A stretch of 21,952 bases of DNA, taken from contig JAHQXB010000109.1 in the NCBI GenBank assembly GCA_029856435.1, positions 1 to 21,952 on the forward strand. Direction: 5' to 3'. The DNA is from Candidatus Jordarchaeia archaeon. GTDB lineage: Archaea; Asgardarchaeota; Jordiarchaeia; Jordiarchaeales; Jordiarchaeaceae. The notes beneath the pieces are model-generated. The model was given only the letters and a program-made list of their open reading frames with translations. It was not told the origin of the DNA and did not search any database. Shown in pieces: positions 1 through 8,513 of the stretch (the stretch's first letter is position 1; each line of letters begins with the position of its first letter). A program made the translations under genes and the position numbers.

Positions 1-1
1 C

Positions 2-353
2 TACCACATAAGGCCTAAAAAGTGGGGGGGAGAAGACTACGGGGGAGCGGTGTTTAGACGCTGCAAGGGAGGTGTTTGACCAAAACCTGTACTGCTGGAG
101 AAAGCTGGTGGAATGAAACTTCGTCAACATGGAGGCCAGAGCGGGCAAAACAAGTTACTATGGGGAGCAGGAGAATTATGACAAGGTTCTCAAGCTGGGG
201 GCTATTTATCACAACATCGAGCGTGTATTGTTCCTCCTTGGGATGAGGCGCTTTTTCGTTCTCCTCGGAAAACTGCTTCCTGAGGAAGTGGCTCTACCCC
301 AGTTCATGGAGCAGACAATCTGTGGAAAAACAGGCTTAGTCCACCCCATTTAG
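2..353 (+). pseudogene. Degenerate IS4/IS5-type DDE transposase, C-terminal remnant (runs off the left edge)
   Basis: Frame 2 (2-79) reads YHIRPKKWGG...VFRRCK. It shifts to frame 3: EVFDQNLYCWRKLVE*(TGA 114-116)NFVNMEARAGK...KVLKLGAIYHNIER. Y-x2-R-x3-E resembles the IS4/IS5 YREK signature and LK..I.HNI.R a typical C-terminal helix. GC is higher than in the flanks. The 129..353 ORF is only the piece after the stop. Confidence 0.5.
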
Positions 354-569
354 TCTGCCTCACAGCTCCCGCCACAAGAAGATTGGAATATGTAGAGTAG
401 AGAGAGAAACATACACCCCAAACAAGCACGGGAACACAAAAAAAGGCAAAACATCCCCCCAATGCCAATTATTTTTTAACAAGTTCGGAGAAGCTAGAAA
501 TCACTTCAATCAAAATTATAAACTAATAATTACTGTGTAGTAGATAAGGAATATGAGGAGTTTGGAAGG

Positions 570-1856
570 ATGGAATATAGAAAGAAGGGGAAATGGTCAT
601 TTATAAAAGACCCAATCTTTGGGTACATAAATATTTCTTATGATGAAAAGAAAATTATTGATACTGAGCCTGTCCAAAGATTAAGACGTGTTAGACAACT
701 GGCGGGGAGCGAATATGTTTACCCTGCGGGAGTACACACTCGATTCGAACACTCCTTAGGAACTATGTACCTAGCAGGAGAATTAACGAATTCTCTTGCA
801 CAAAAAGTGGAAATCGACCCGATAGAAAAAAGTATGGTAAAAATTGCTAGTCTGCTTCATGATGTGGGCCATGGACCCTTTTCCCACATTTTCGAGGCGT
901 TATTAATAAGGCACTTAGAAAAAACTCATGAGGATTTTACCACATGGATAATTAAAAATTCGGAACTAGGCGATGTAATAAATAATCTGGGATTAAGTGT
1001 TGATAAAATCGCAAAGCTGGCTGTTGGAAAGTTAGGACAAAAAAATAGATGGTTTTTGGATCAAATTATTGTAAGTGCAGTGGATGTAGATAAATGCGAT
1101 TACTGTATAAGAGATAGTTACCACACGGGTGGGGATTTTGATTCTATTGATATTTTTCGTTTAATTTACACAATGGATATTCTAAGCGAGAATCTTGCTG
1201 TGAATTTAAACTCCATATCAACTCTTGAAACCTTCCTCATCGCCCGTTTGGAACTCTTCAAAACTATTTACTTCCATAAAGCTTCTCGCGCAGTACAAAT
1301 TATGTTGGAAACGGCAATGGAAAAGGCGAATGAAGAACTATCATTCATGAAATTTGATTCAGTTGAAGAGTATATAAAATTAGATGATTACACCATGTGG
1401 TCAATGTTGGATCAATGCAAAGCTTCTAGAGAGATAATCAATCGTTTAAAAAGGAGAGAATTGCTAAAGGTTTCTTATGAAAGAATTTCTTTTGCGAAAG
1501 ACGAAGCCTTTTCAACAATTGTAACAAAAGACAAAGTACGCCAACAAATAGCGGAGGAAATTGCAGATAAAGCAGGAGTTGATAAGGACAAAGTCTACAT
1601 AGACGTGCCCACATTACCTTCTGTACCATACCACCACTCAATAAGTCTAGAACCTATGGAGATTCCCATATTTCAAGTAACACGCCAAGGTGAAAAAGTG
1701 CAACGCAACCTCTCGGAGGTTTCAAACATCGTTGAAGTTATGAAAGGATTTCTAAACATCATAAGAGTATACACAAACAAAGAAAATAGAGAAGCAGTAG
1801 CAAAAGCAACAGAAAGTGTACTCGGATCGCCTTACAGCGCAAAAATTTCTTACTAA
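570..1856 (+). CDS. HD-superfamily phosphohydrolase (COG1078, SAMHD1/dNTP triphosphohydrolase-like)
   Basis: Motifs IKDPIFGYI, QRLRRVRQL, HTRFEHSLG, LLHDVGHGPFSH, DVDKCDY..RD; 428 aa. Confidence 0.92.
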   Translation: MEYRKKGKWSFIKDPIFGYINISYDEKKIIDTEPVQRLRRVRQLAGSEYVYPAGVHTRFEHSLGTMYLAGELTNSLAQKVEIDPIEKSMVKIASLLHDVGHGPFSHIFEALLIRHLEKTHEDFTTWIIKNSELGDVINNLGLSVDKIAKLAVGKLGQKNRWFLDQIIVSAVDVDKCDYCIRDSYHTGGDFDSIDIFRLIYTMDILSENLAVNLNSISTLETFLIARLELFKTIYFHKASRAVQIMLETAMEKANEELSFMKFDSVEEYIKLDDYTMWSMLDQCKASREIINRLKRRELLKVSYERISFAKDEAFSTIVTKDKVRQQIAEEIADKAGVDKDKVYIDVPTLPSVPYHHSISLEPMEIPIFQVTRQGEKVQRNLSEVSNIVEVMKGFLNIIRVYTNKENREAVAKATESVLGSPYSAKISY

Positions 1857-2071
1857 AAAGGCCCCGGATAATTATTTATATATCAACAAACACTTCAGAT
1901 TATTTTAATAGAAATAATTGTAAATAGCACCCACGAGTTAGTATTTTCCTATAAAAAGACAGGAATTAATATTTATAATGTAGGTTTCCTAAATCATTAT
2001 CCTATTGGTGCTACATAAAAAGGAATACAAAAAGGAGAATACCGGAGAACAAATAGTGGGGTGTAAAAGGC

Positions 2072-2554
2072 ATGGAAATAAAAATTGTGAAGATAGAACC
2101 ACCTAAAGATACCCAAATAATCTTGGGGCAATCACACTTCATCAAAACAGTGGAAGACATATACGAAGCGATGGTCAATTCTGTACCAAACATAAAATTC
2201 GGTATAGGATTCTGTGAGAGTTCAGGTGAATGTTTAGTTCGAGTTGATGGGACAGACGAAGAGCTAAAAGAAAGCGCAGCTAAAAATGCATTAAAATTAG
2301 GTTGCGGACATAGTTTTATAATATTTATGCGCGGCGCCTACCCAATAAACGTATTAAACTCTATAAAGAGAGTGCCCGAAGTTGTTAACATATATGCAGC
2401 AACGGCTAACCCTTTAGAAGTTGTGATTGCTGAAACTGAGCAGGGAAGGGGAATACTCGGAGTTATTGATGGCCTTAAACCAAAGGGAATCGAAGACGAA
2501 GAAGGCGTAAAATGGAGAAAAGAACTACTCAGAAAAATTGGCTATAAAAGATAG
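2072..2554 (+). CDS. Adenosine-specific kinase family protein (DUF355/COG1839)
   Basis: Family motifs [63 protein letters not shown]. Confidence 0.9.
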   Translation: MEIKIVKIEPPKDTQIILGQSHFIKTVEDIYEAMVNSVPNIKFGIGFCESSGECLVRVDGTDEELKESAAKNALKLGCGHSFIIFMRGAYPINVLNSIKRVPEVVNIYAATANPLEVVIAETEQGRGILGVIDGLKPKGIEDEEGVKWRKELLRKIGYKR

Positions 2555-2863
2555 GATAGAAGCGAGAGCAAGACTACAATCATAAAACAGAGTTATCCCT
2601 CAAAATAGGATAATTAAGAAGCAAGAACCAAAAAGCTAAAAAATGTATGCATTTAGCTGTTATGACCGAATAAGGGATAATAGGTTTAAGAAATCCGAAA
2701 AAGGGCCTATTACCCTTTTAGACGAGCATTGAATGCGGGAGTAGTCTGAAACAAATCTCATTTTCGTTTTCGGAAAAGAAGGCGGGTAACGTCGCCTACG
2801 GCTTCATCAACTAAATACGTACAAAAAATGAGCGTCCGATCCAGTTAAAAAGCATAAATTTAA

Positions 2864-2882
2864 GATATCATTTTTTGATATC
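2864..2882. repeat. GATATC iteron doublet (13-bp period)
   Basis: GATATC(2864)-ATTTTTT-GATATC(2877); same unit and spacing as the arrays around oriC. Confidence 0.7.
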
Positions 2883-3139
2883 AAAAAGCAAGCACATTTT
2901 GAAAAAAATTTAATCTAACTCGACAATGTTAAATTGATTTGGTTCCCGTATCTGGCGTTATTAAGTGGTGAAAAATCTTTTTTAAGCGTAAAAGAGAGAA
3001 AATCGGGAAGAAACAAGTTACGATAAAACAAATTTGACATTGCCGAGCTAAATAAAAACAATTATACGTTCACATAATTAGTTTTGCACAGAAGGTTGGC
3101 TGTTCGATTGTTAGGTCAGCTAGCGTTAAGTTAAGAAAA

Positions 3140-3418
3140 GTGCTGGGTGTGGCGTTTAAAACTCTTGTAACAGGAGCAAATATTATGTGTACGGTTATGA
3201 TTATGAAAGAGGCAATGTGGTTCCATTTCACAAACACCTAAGTTGAATATATTGTTAAGGGAAAATTGAGGTTAAAGATAAAAAATGAAGACTTAATAAT
3301 TCAAGCAGGGGCTCATATCTTGTTAAGGGAAATATGCTTCATTCACTTTAAGCCTTGGAAAAATCTTGATGTAGTTGACATGTTCTCACCGCCATGCGAA
3401 GAGTACAAAAGCAAATAG
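3140..3418 (+). pseudogene. Frameshifted cupin-domain protein (Cupin_2/COG1917-like) remnant
   Basis: Pieces in three frames: VLGVAFKTLVTGANIMCTVM / YERGNVVPFHKH / EYIVKGKLRLKIKNEDLIIQAG / KGNMLHS / VVDMFSPPCEEYKSK*. The metal-binding H-x-H and GN-x-x-H motifs are recognisable but separated by frameshifts and stops. Confidence 0.75.
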
Positions 3419-3522
3419 CAATACGAGCAACTCTGTTGATTTATCGACCTTAAGGTCGCCTAGAATCGTATTATTTTTGAAAAGGGGCTTACATTTTTAG
3501 GATATGGCTGGTTAATTTTATG

Positions 3523-3720
3523 TGGCGCCGGGTGTGAGATTTGAACTCACGCGGCGGAATTGCGGCCGAAAGGGTATCCGCCAGTAGGTTTCTTGTTCCG
3601 ACCCGACTGAGAGACTGATTTGATCTCGAGCTTCTGCAGTATCTCCCACAGAGATTGCTTCTACCGCCGTACCATGGCCATACACACACAGGATTGTGTG
3701 TTTAACTTGGCTAACCCGGC
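3523..3720 (-). tRNA. tRNA-Ser (probable anticodon CGA) with four predicted introns
   Basis: The minus strand begins GCCGGGT and ends ACCCGGC-G-CCA, with T-arm GTGAG-TTCAAAT-CTCAC. Removing 3675-3705 (15/16), 3632-3660 (30/31), 3590-3624 (37/38) and 3560-3575 (variable arm) gives an 87-nt type II cloverleaf: D-arm GCC-AAGTGGTAC-GGC, anticodon arm GTAGG-CTCGAGA-CCTAC, variable arm GGCGG-ATTT-CCGCC. The anticodon-arm parse is less certain than the rest. Confidence 0.85.
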
Positions 3721-3752
3721 TCTGACTTTTTGTAATTATTCAAGAATTCTTG

Positions 3753-3760
3753 TATATTAA
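3753..3760 (-). promoter_or_regulatory. Probable TATA box of tRNA-Ser
   Basis: TTAATATA on the minus strand, 33-40 nt upstream of G1, preceded by an A-rich BRE-like stretch. Confidence 0.45.
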
Positions 3761-3816
3761 TTTGTTGTATTACCTTAAAAAATGAAGCTTCAATTTATGT
3801 GTAATAGTTCAGTTTC

Positions 3817-4389
3817 TTATCTTGCTCCGGATATGAAGTCTATTTTTGTAATGATTCCTATGATTTCTCCTTTATCAATTACTAGAACGGCGGGGTTTCC
3901 GCTGGCTAGTAGTTGATTTATAACATTAATTTTGGTGGAGGGACTCACGCTGGGGAATGCTTCTTCCATTATTTCCTCGACTTTTTTCTGGAAAATTTGC
4001 TGCCCTTTGGATAAATGTTGAACAATGATTTGGTCATTTATGCTTCCGACTGGGCGCCCATGTTTAACAACTGGCAGTTGGGAGATGTCATTTTTTCTCA
4101 TTAACTCCGTAGCTTCGATGACTAGTGCTTCAGAATCAATTGTTATAACGGGAGAAAACATAATGTCTTTTGCAGTAAGGGATTCTTCATTTGCTTCTTG
4201 CATGGCATTCAATATTTTTTGCAGTGTAGAGAGTCTGGGATCTACCGAGCCTCTTTCAATTCTAGCTATGAGGGATTGACTTACTCCTGCTTTTTCGGCT
4301 AATTCGGTTTGGGTTAGCCCCACTTTCTTTCTGAGTCTTTTAATATCTTCTGGAGTGGGAAGTCGAAACAAAATAAACCCACCTACCAA
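3817..4389 (-). CDS. XRE-type HTH + CBS-pair transcriptional regulator (COG3620)
   Basis: IKRLRKKVGLTQTELAEKAGVSQSLIARIERGSVDPRLSTL (Cro/C1 HTH), then a CBS pair (DIMFSPVITI, ISQLPVV, IIGIITKID). Confidence 0.92.
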   Translation of the reverse strand: MVGGFILFRLPTPEDIKRLRKKVGLTQTELAEKAGVSQSLIARIERGSVDPRLSTLQKILNAMQEANEESLTAKDIMFSPVITIDSEALVIEATELMRKNDISQLPVVKHGRPVGSINDQIIVQHLSKGQQIFQKKVEEIMEEAFPSVSPSTKINVINQLLASGNPAVLVIDKGEIIGIITKIDFISGAR

Positions 4390-4409
4390 AAATACTCATT
4401 TAATACTTG

Positions 4410-4454
4410 GAATATTACCTATAAGAATATTACTCATAAGAATATTGAGGGTAA
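4410..4454. repeat. Three 15-bp tandem units with an AATATT core in the divergent promoter region
   Basis: GAATATTACCTATAA / GAATATTACTCATAA / GAATATTGAGGGTAA at 4410, 4425, 4440. Confidence 0.55.
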
Positions 4455-4630
4455 CTTGTGTAGATCAAATGCATAAACTTCCCACGTCGTTAAAGGGAAG
4501 GGGTTTCTTTTGCTACACGCTCATAGATATTAGAGGGATTTAGCGGTTAAAAAACCGAGAAAGATTATATAACTCTGCAAACTGCTCCAAGAATCGAGGA
4601 AAGAATTTCAAAAAAGATAAAAGTAAGCGG

Positions 4631-6964
4631 TTGGTTTTATTGAAGGCTTCCTGCGAAATTAATTGCAGCGGTATTGTCCAAGGAGTGGGTATGCGGCCTT
4701 TTGTTTATAGACTCGCTGTCAAGTGGGGGCTTGTGGGGTATGTTCAGAATCTTGGCGATGCAGGAGTTCGTATTGTTGTTGAGGGAGAGAAAAGCGCAAT
4801 TGAAAATTTTATTCAAGATCTAAAAAGAGAGAAACCACCTATGGCGGTGTATGAAAAAATAGGTGTGAACTGGGGTTCTTACCAAGGGCGGTTTAAAAAA
4901 TTTACTATTAGTAGAAGCTCCAAGGCAAGCGCTCTGAAAAGCTCCTATATACCTCCAGATATATCAATCTGTGATAAATGCCTCAATGATATTCTAAACC
5001 CAACAGACCGACATTATAAGTATCCCTTCACATGTTGTGCAGACTGCGGTCCCAGATTCACGTCCATTATAGAGTTGCCTTATGACAGAATGAGGACTAC
5101 CATGAAGGATTTTCCCCTTTGCTCTGAATGTGAACAAGAATATAATAATCCCTTGGATAGAAGATACCACGCACAAGGTATTTGCTGCCCAAAATGTGGA
5201 CCAAGATTGTTGCTTTATGATAGACAGGGGGGAATAGTTGATTGTGAAGATCCAATCACTGACGCTGCTAACATAGTTAAAGAGGGGAAGATTCTAGCAA
5301 TAAAAGGAATCGGAGGTACACACCTTGCCACCCTCACAACTGATGATGAATGTATACTGGAATTACGCAGAAGAAAAAGGGATAGGAGATATAAACCATT
5401 TGCGATAATGTCGCTAAATCTAGACAAGATTCGAGAGTATGCCATATTAGATGAATACGAAGAAGAAATCATCACCTCTTTTAGGCGTCCAATAGTTTTA
5501 CTGAAAAAATCTGAGCACTACGACCTATCCGAGTGGATAAGCCCTGGGCTCCACAATGTTGGAGTGATGCTACCGTACTCTGCACTCCATTATCTAATAC
5601 TCCAACAAATTGATGATCCAGCAATTGTAATGACAAGCGGTAATACAACAGACACACCCATGTCTATATCTAATGACGAGATAATATCGCGACTAGGACA
5701 CATAGCGGATTATTTCTTATTACATAATAGAGAAATCTACCAAAGAGCCGATGATTCAGTAATAAAAATAATAAATGGAAAAACTAAAATCATCCGCAGA
5801 TCCCGGGGATTCGTACCAGAGCCAATAGATATAATCCTAGAATATAAGGGCAAAGGAATTCTGGCAGTAGGACCAGAACTGACAGCTACTGTATCGGTAA
5901 TGAAAAGGAATAGGTGCTATCCAAGTCAACATATAGGAAACCTCTCAGGAGACCTAGAAACTATAGAATTTCATGAGAACGTGGTTAATCAAATGTTAAA
6001 ACTAACCCTCGTTGAGCCAGATGCAGTTGCTTGCGATTTGCACCCCAACTTCTACACTACAAGGTATGCAGAGAAATTCGCTGATACGCATAACATAGAA
6101 TTAGTAAGAGTCCAACACCACCACGCACACGCAGCAAAATTAATGGCAGAAAATAATATCACTGAACCAATAATATGCATAACAAGTGACGGAGTGGGAT
6201 ATGGACAAGATGGAACCATTTGGGGCGGCGAAATTCTCCTCGTTTCGTATAACTCTATGGAAAGATTAGCGCATCTAAAACCCCAACCTATGCCGGGTGG
6301 CGATATTAGCACTAAATATCCTACACGCATGTTAACTGCAATACTCAGCAAAGCAATATCTGAGGATGAGCTCAGACAGATACTAGTCAAAAATTACATT
6401 GAGGGATTCAAATACGGCCAGAGGGAAATGGAAGTAGTTTTTAGTGCTTTAAGAAAAAAAGAATATGTTACAACCACAAGCTCGGGAAGGGTCTTAGACT
6501 CTATCTCAGCACTTTTAAAAATATGCCTAGAGAAAACGTATGAGGGAGAACCAGCCATAAGGCTCGAATCAATCGCCGCAAAAGGTAAAGACCACATAAA
6601 AATAACCCCAGAGATAAATAAGCAAAATGGGAAATACGTATTCGACACCACAAAACTACTCAGCGACATCCTAGAAAAACTAAACCACAACAAAATCCAA
6701 GATTTAGCCGCCTCAGGCCAAAGAGCATTCGCAGAAGGACTGGCACAAATGGCAATAACAACAGCAGAAGAAACAGGCATAAAAATAATAGGATTTACTG
6801 GAGGAGTGGCATACAACGAAGCTATAAATAACATAATAAGCAAACTAGTAAAAGAAAACAATCTAAAATTCATTGAACACCAAAAAACCCCTCCGGGAGA
6901 TGCTGGAATTTCCTTAGGACAGGCAGTTATTGCGGCCGCAAAATTAAATGATACCATTAAATGA
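4631..6964 (+). CDS. hypF: [NiFe]-hydrogenase maturation carbamoyltransferase HypF
   Basis: Acylphosphatase domain (GIVQGVGMRPFVYRLA), zinc fingers (CDKC, CADC, CSEC, CPKC), IKGIGG.HL, YrdC-like region, VQHHHAH, C-terminal PPGDAGISLGQA. Confidence 0.97.
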   Translation: MVLLKASCEINCSGIVQGVGMRPFVYRLAVKWGLVGYVQNLGDAGVRIVVEGEKSAIENFIQDLKREKPPMAVYEKIGVNWGSYQGRFKKFTISRSSKASALKSSYIPPDISICDKCLNDILNPTDRHYKYPFTCCADCGPRFTSIIELPYDRMRTTMKDFPLCSECEQEYNNPLDRRYHAQGICCPKCGPRLLLYDRQGGIVDCEDPITDAANIVKEGKILAIKGIGGTHLATLTTDDECILELRRRKRDRRYKPFAIMSLNLDKIREYAILDEYEEEIITSFRRPIVLLKKSEHYDLSEWISPGLHNVGVMLPYSALHYLILQQIDDPAIVMTSGNTTDTPMSISNDEIISRLGHIADYFLLHNREIYQRADDSVIKIINGKTKIIRRSRGFVPEPIDIILEYKGKGILAVGPELTATVSVMKRNRCYPSQHIGNLSGDLETIEFHENVVNQMLKLTLVEPDAVACDLHPNFYTTRYAEKFADTHNIELVRVQHHHAHAAKLMAENNITEPIICITSDGVGYGQDGTIWGGEILLVSYNSMERLAHLKPQPMPGGDISTKYPTRMLTAILSKAISEDELRQILVKNYIEGFKYGQREMEVVFSALRKKEYVTTTSSGRVLDSISALLKICLEKTYEGEPAIRLESIAAKGKDHIKITPEINKQNGKYVFDTTKLLSDILEKLNHNKIQDLAASGQRAFAEGLAQMAITTAEETGIKIIGFTGGVAYNEAINNIISKLVKENNLKFIEHQKTPPGDAGISLGQAVIAAAKLNDTIK

Positions 6965-6981
6965 TATCAAATATTGACATC
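6963..6981. repeat. GATATC/GACATC iteron doublet (13-bp period)
   Basis: GATATC(6963)-AAATATT-GACATC(6976), immediately after the hypF stop. Confidence 0.75.
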
Positions 6982-7100
6982 TAAAAAGGCAATAGGAGGG
7001 AAAAAGGTTATCCAAAGACAAGGGTAGCCCAGAAAAGCAAGATATTGAAAAGGTAAGAAAATACATTGAGAACATATTATCAGACCCCATCGTAAACAAA

Positions 7101-7550
7101 TTGCTTAAATCATCCAACATCACACCCGTCCAATTTGAAACACTTCTAATTAATTTCCTATTAGACGAAGGCGCAGGCAAACCCGTGAAGTACAAAATTA
7201 AAGGTTTCCTAAGGTCACCCAGCAAAAAACGTAAATTCCCTACGCTAAAAACAAAAGGAGTCACACGAGGAGCCTTCAGGAGAGTTCTGGGGCAGGCGTG
7301 CGCCAACGTAATAAAAGCAATATATTCTTTAGTACTACTGGGATACGTTGGCATTCTGGATAGTCCAAGCCTACACCCATATCTTGACATGTCCAACATT
7401 ATAAGCAATTACATGGAACAAATGGAAATAAGTTATGGAAAAGAAATAAGTGAAGAGAAAAAAGCAGCACTAGAAATACTAGAAAAAAACCTACTAGATA
7501 TGATCCAAAAATACGCAGACCCCTTCTTTCTAACTAGTCGTAACGAATAA
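7101..7550 (+). CDS. Conserved-looking hypothetical protein, possible Tfx-like HTH; true start probably upstream
   Basis: GVTRGAFRRVLGQACANVIKAIY resembles the Tfx/sigma-like HTH recognition helix (inference). The frame stays open back to 6996 (LSKDKGSPEKQDIEKVRKYIENILSDPIVNKLL), with SD-like AGGAGGG at 6994-7000. Confidence 0.7.
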   Translation: MLKSSNITPVQFETLLINFLLDEGAGKPVKYKIKGFLRSPSKKRKFPTLKTKGVTRGAFRRVLGQACANVIKAIYSLVLLGYVGILDSPSLHPYLDMSNIISNYMEQMEISYGKEISEEKKAALEILEKNLLDMIQKYADPFFLTSRNE

Positions 7551-7657
7551 CACACACCTATCTCAAACTCTTTTTTGGACAAGTGGTGTACTCAGATCTG
7601 TTCAAGTAAAAACTGTTGACGTGCTAGGATTAGTTTTTGGGCGCTACACTTGTGTAC

Positions 7658-7786
7658 TCTTACAGCAGGTGATGTAGATTAGTCCGATTCCACACCTCAT
7701 TTCGAGGCTCTAAATCAGAAAAGAAGCCCTATGAAAGCTTCCTTCGAAGGCGAAATCGAACGAATCTACACCGCGTCTTACAGCAG
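7658..7786. mobile_element. MITE-like 107-bp insertion or structured ncRNA with 11-bp flanking direct repeats
   Basis: TCTTACAGCAG at 7658-7668 and 7776-7786; 17-bp inverted repeats at 7673-7689 and 7754-7770 (15/17 match); internal hairpins. Confidence 0.5.
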
Positions 7787-7840
7787 AGCTAAAAATTTAT
7801 CAAAAAGTATTCATAAAAGGAACCGACAAGAGACAATTTT

Positions 7841-7872
7841 GATATCACAAAAAGATAGCTAAAAAAGATATC
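7841..7872. repeat. GATATC iteron triplet (13-bp period)
   Basis: GATATC(7841), GATAGC(7854), GATATC(7867) with A-tract spacers; downstream of the RHH gene. Confidence 0.8.
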
Positions 7873-7952
7873 AAATCATTCAGTAAAAACCAATTCAATG
7901 AGAATCTTTTTTCGGTAGACTACAATTAACAAAAGACAGGGTAGTGAAATAT

Positions 7953-8393
7953 CTACGATTTTTTGGTTAAACTCTGATTTTGTTCATCTAATAATTCTGA
8001 GAATTTTAGAACATCGAGTTCACTTTTAGGGAATTCTTTCTCCATTTTTTCTAAGATAGCTATTCTACAAAAAACAGTAGCTCCTTTTTCCCCAAATTTC
8101 CTCTTCAGCAGCTCTAAATAACTACTTGGCATTCTCACATTAAAGTTAGTGTCAAGAAGAGTTATGGGATCCTTCCTAGTATAACGATAAATAACTTTCT
8201 CAACAACCTTAATCCCGTCAGACTCATAAACACGTTCAACTGCCGTTTCGCTTTTACTCATTCCACCAGTAACATCAGAAATCTGTGAAACTTTTCCAGT
8301 TTCAGCCACAGAAGATTCAGAAGCGTCCTCTATTTTTTCCCTCAGGGCGCGCCTACGTCTTTCTTCCTCAGCGATTTTAGTAAGCCTAGGCAA
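7953..8393 (-). CDS. Putative ribbon-helix-helix DNA-binding protein with long charged N-terminal tail
   Basis: C-terminal TNFNVRMP (alternating beta-strand) - SSYLELLKRKF (helix) - GATVFCRIAILEKMEKE (helix) fits the RHH pattern. The N-terminus MPRLTKIAEEERRRRALREKIED is followed by a Ser/Thr/Glu-rich low-complexity linker. Fold call is by pattern only. Confidence 0.65.
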   Translation of the reverse strand: MPRLTKIAEEERRRRALREKIEDASESSVAETGKVSQISDVTGGMSKSETAVERVYESDGIKVVEKVIYRYTRKDPITLLDTNFNVRMPSSYLELLKRKFGEKGATVFCRIAILEKMEKEFPKSELDVLKFSELLDEQNQSLTKKS

Positions 8394-8419
8394 GATACCA
8401 ACCCCGAAGTTATTATCAT

Positions 8420-8506
8420 GACATCATTATTAAGATATCAATTATTAGTAATCTATTAATGATATCAGTAAAATGGTTACTTATTAAGATATCCTTTTTT
8501 GATGTC
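8420..8506. repeat. Seven-unit GATATC iteron array (13-14-bp period)
   Basis: GACATC 8420, GATATC 8434, GTAATC 8448, GATATC 8461, GGTTAC 8475, GATATC 8488, GATGTC 8501; fills most of the gap between the ATPase stop and the RHH start. Confidence 0.85.
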
Positions 8507-8513
8507 TTTAGTA

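Noticed and set aside
2770-2800. AGAAGGCGGGTAAC resembling an RNase P 3' conserved region
   Set aside because: No matching GAGGAAAGTCC-type 5' region upstream and no plausible P4 pairing.
3489-3689. 66-aa minus-strand ORF
   Set aside because: It overlaps the tRNA-Ser gene.
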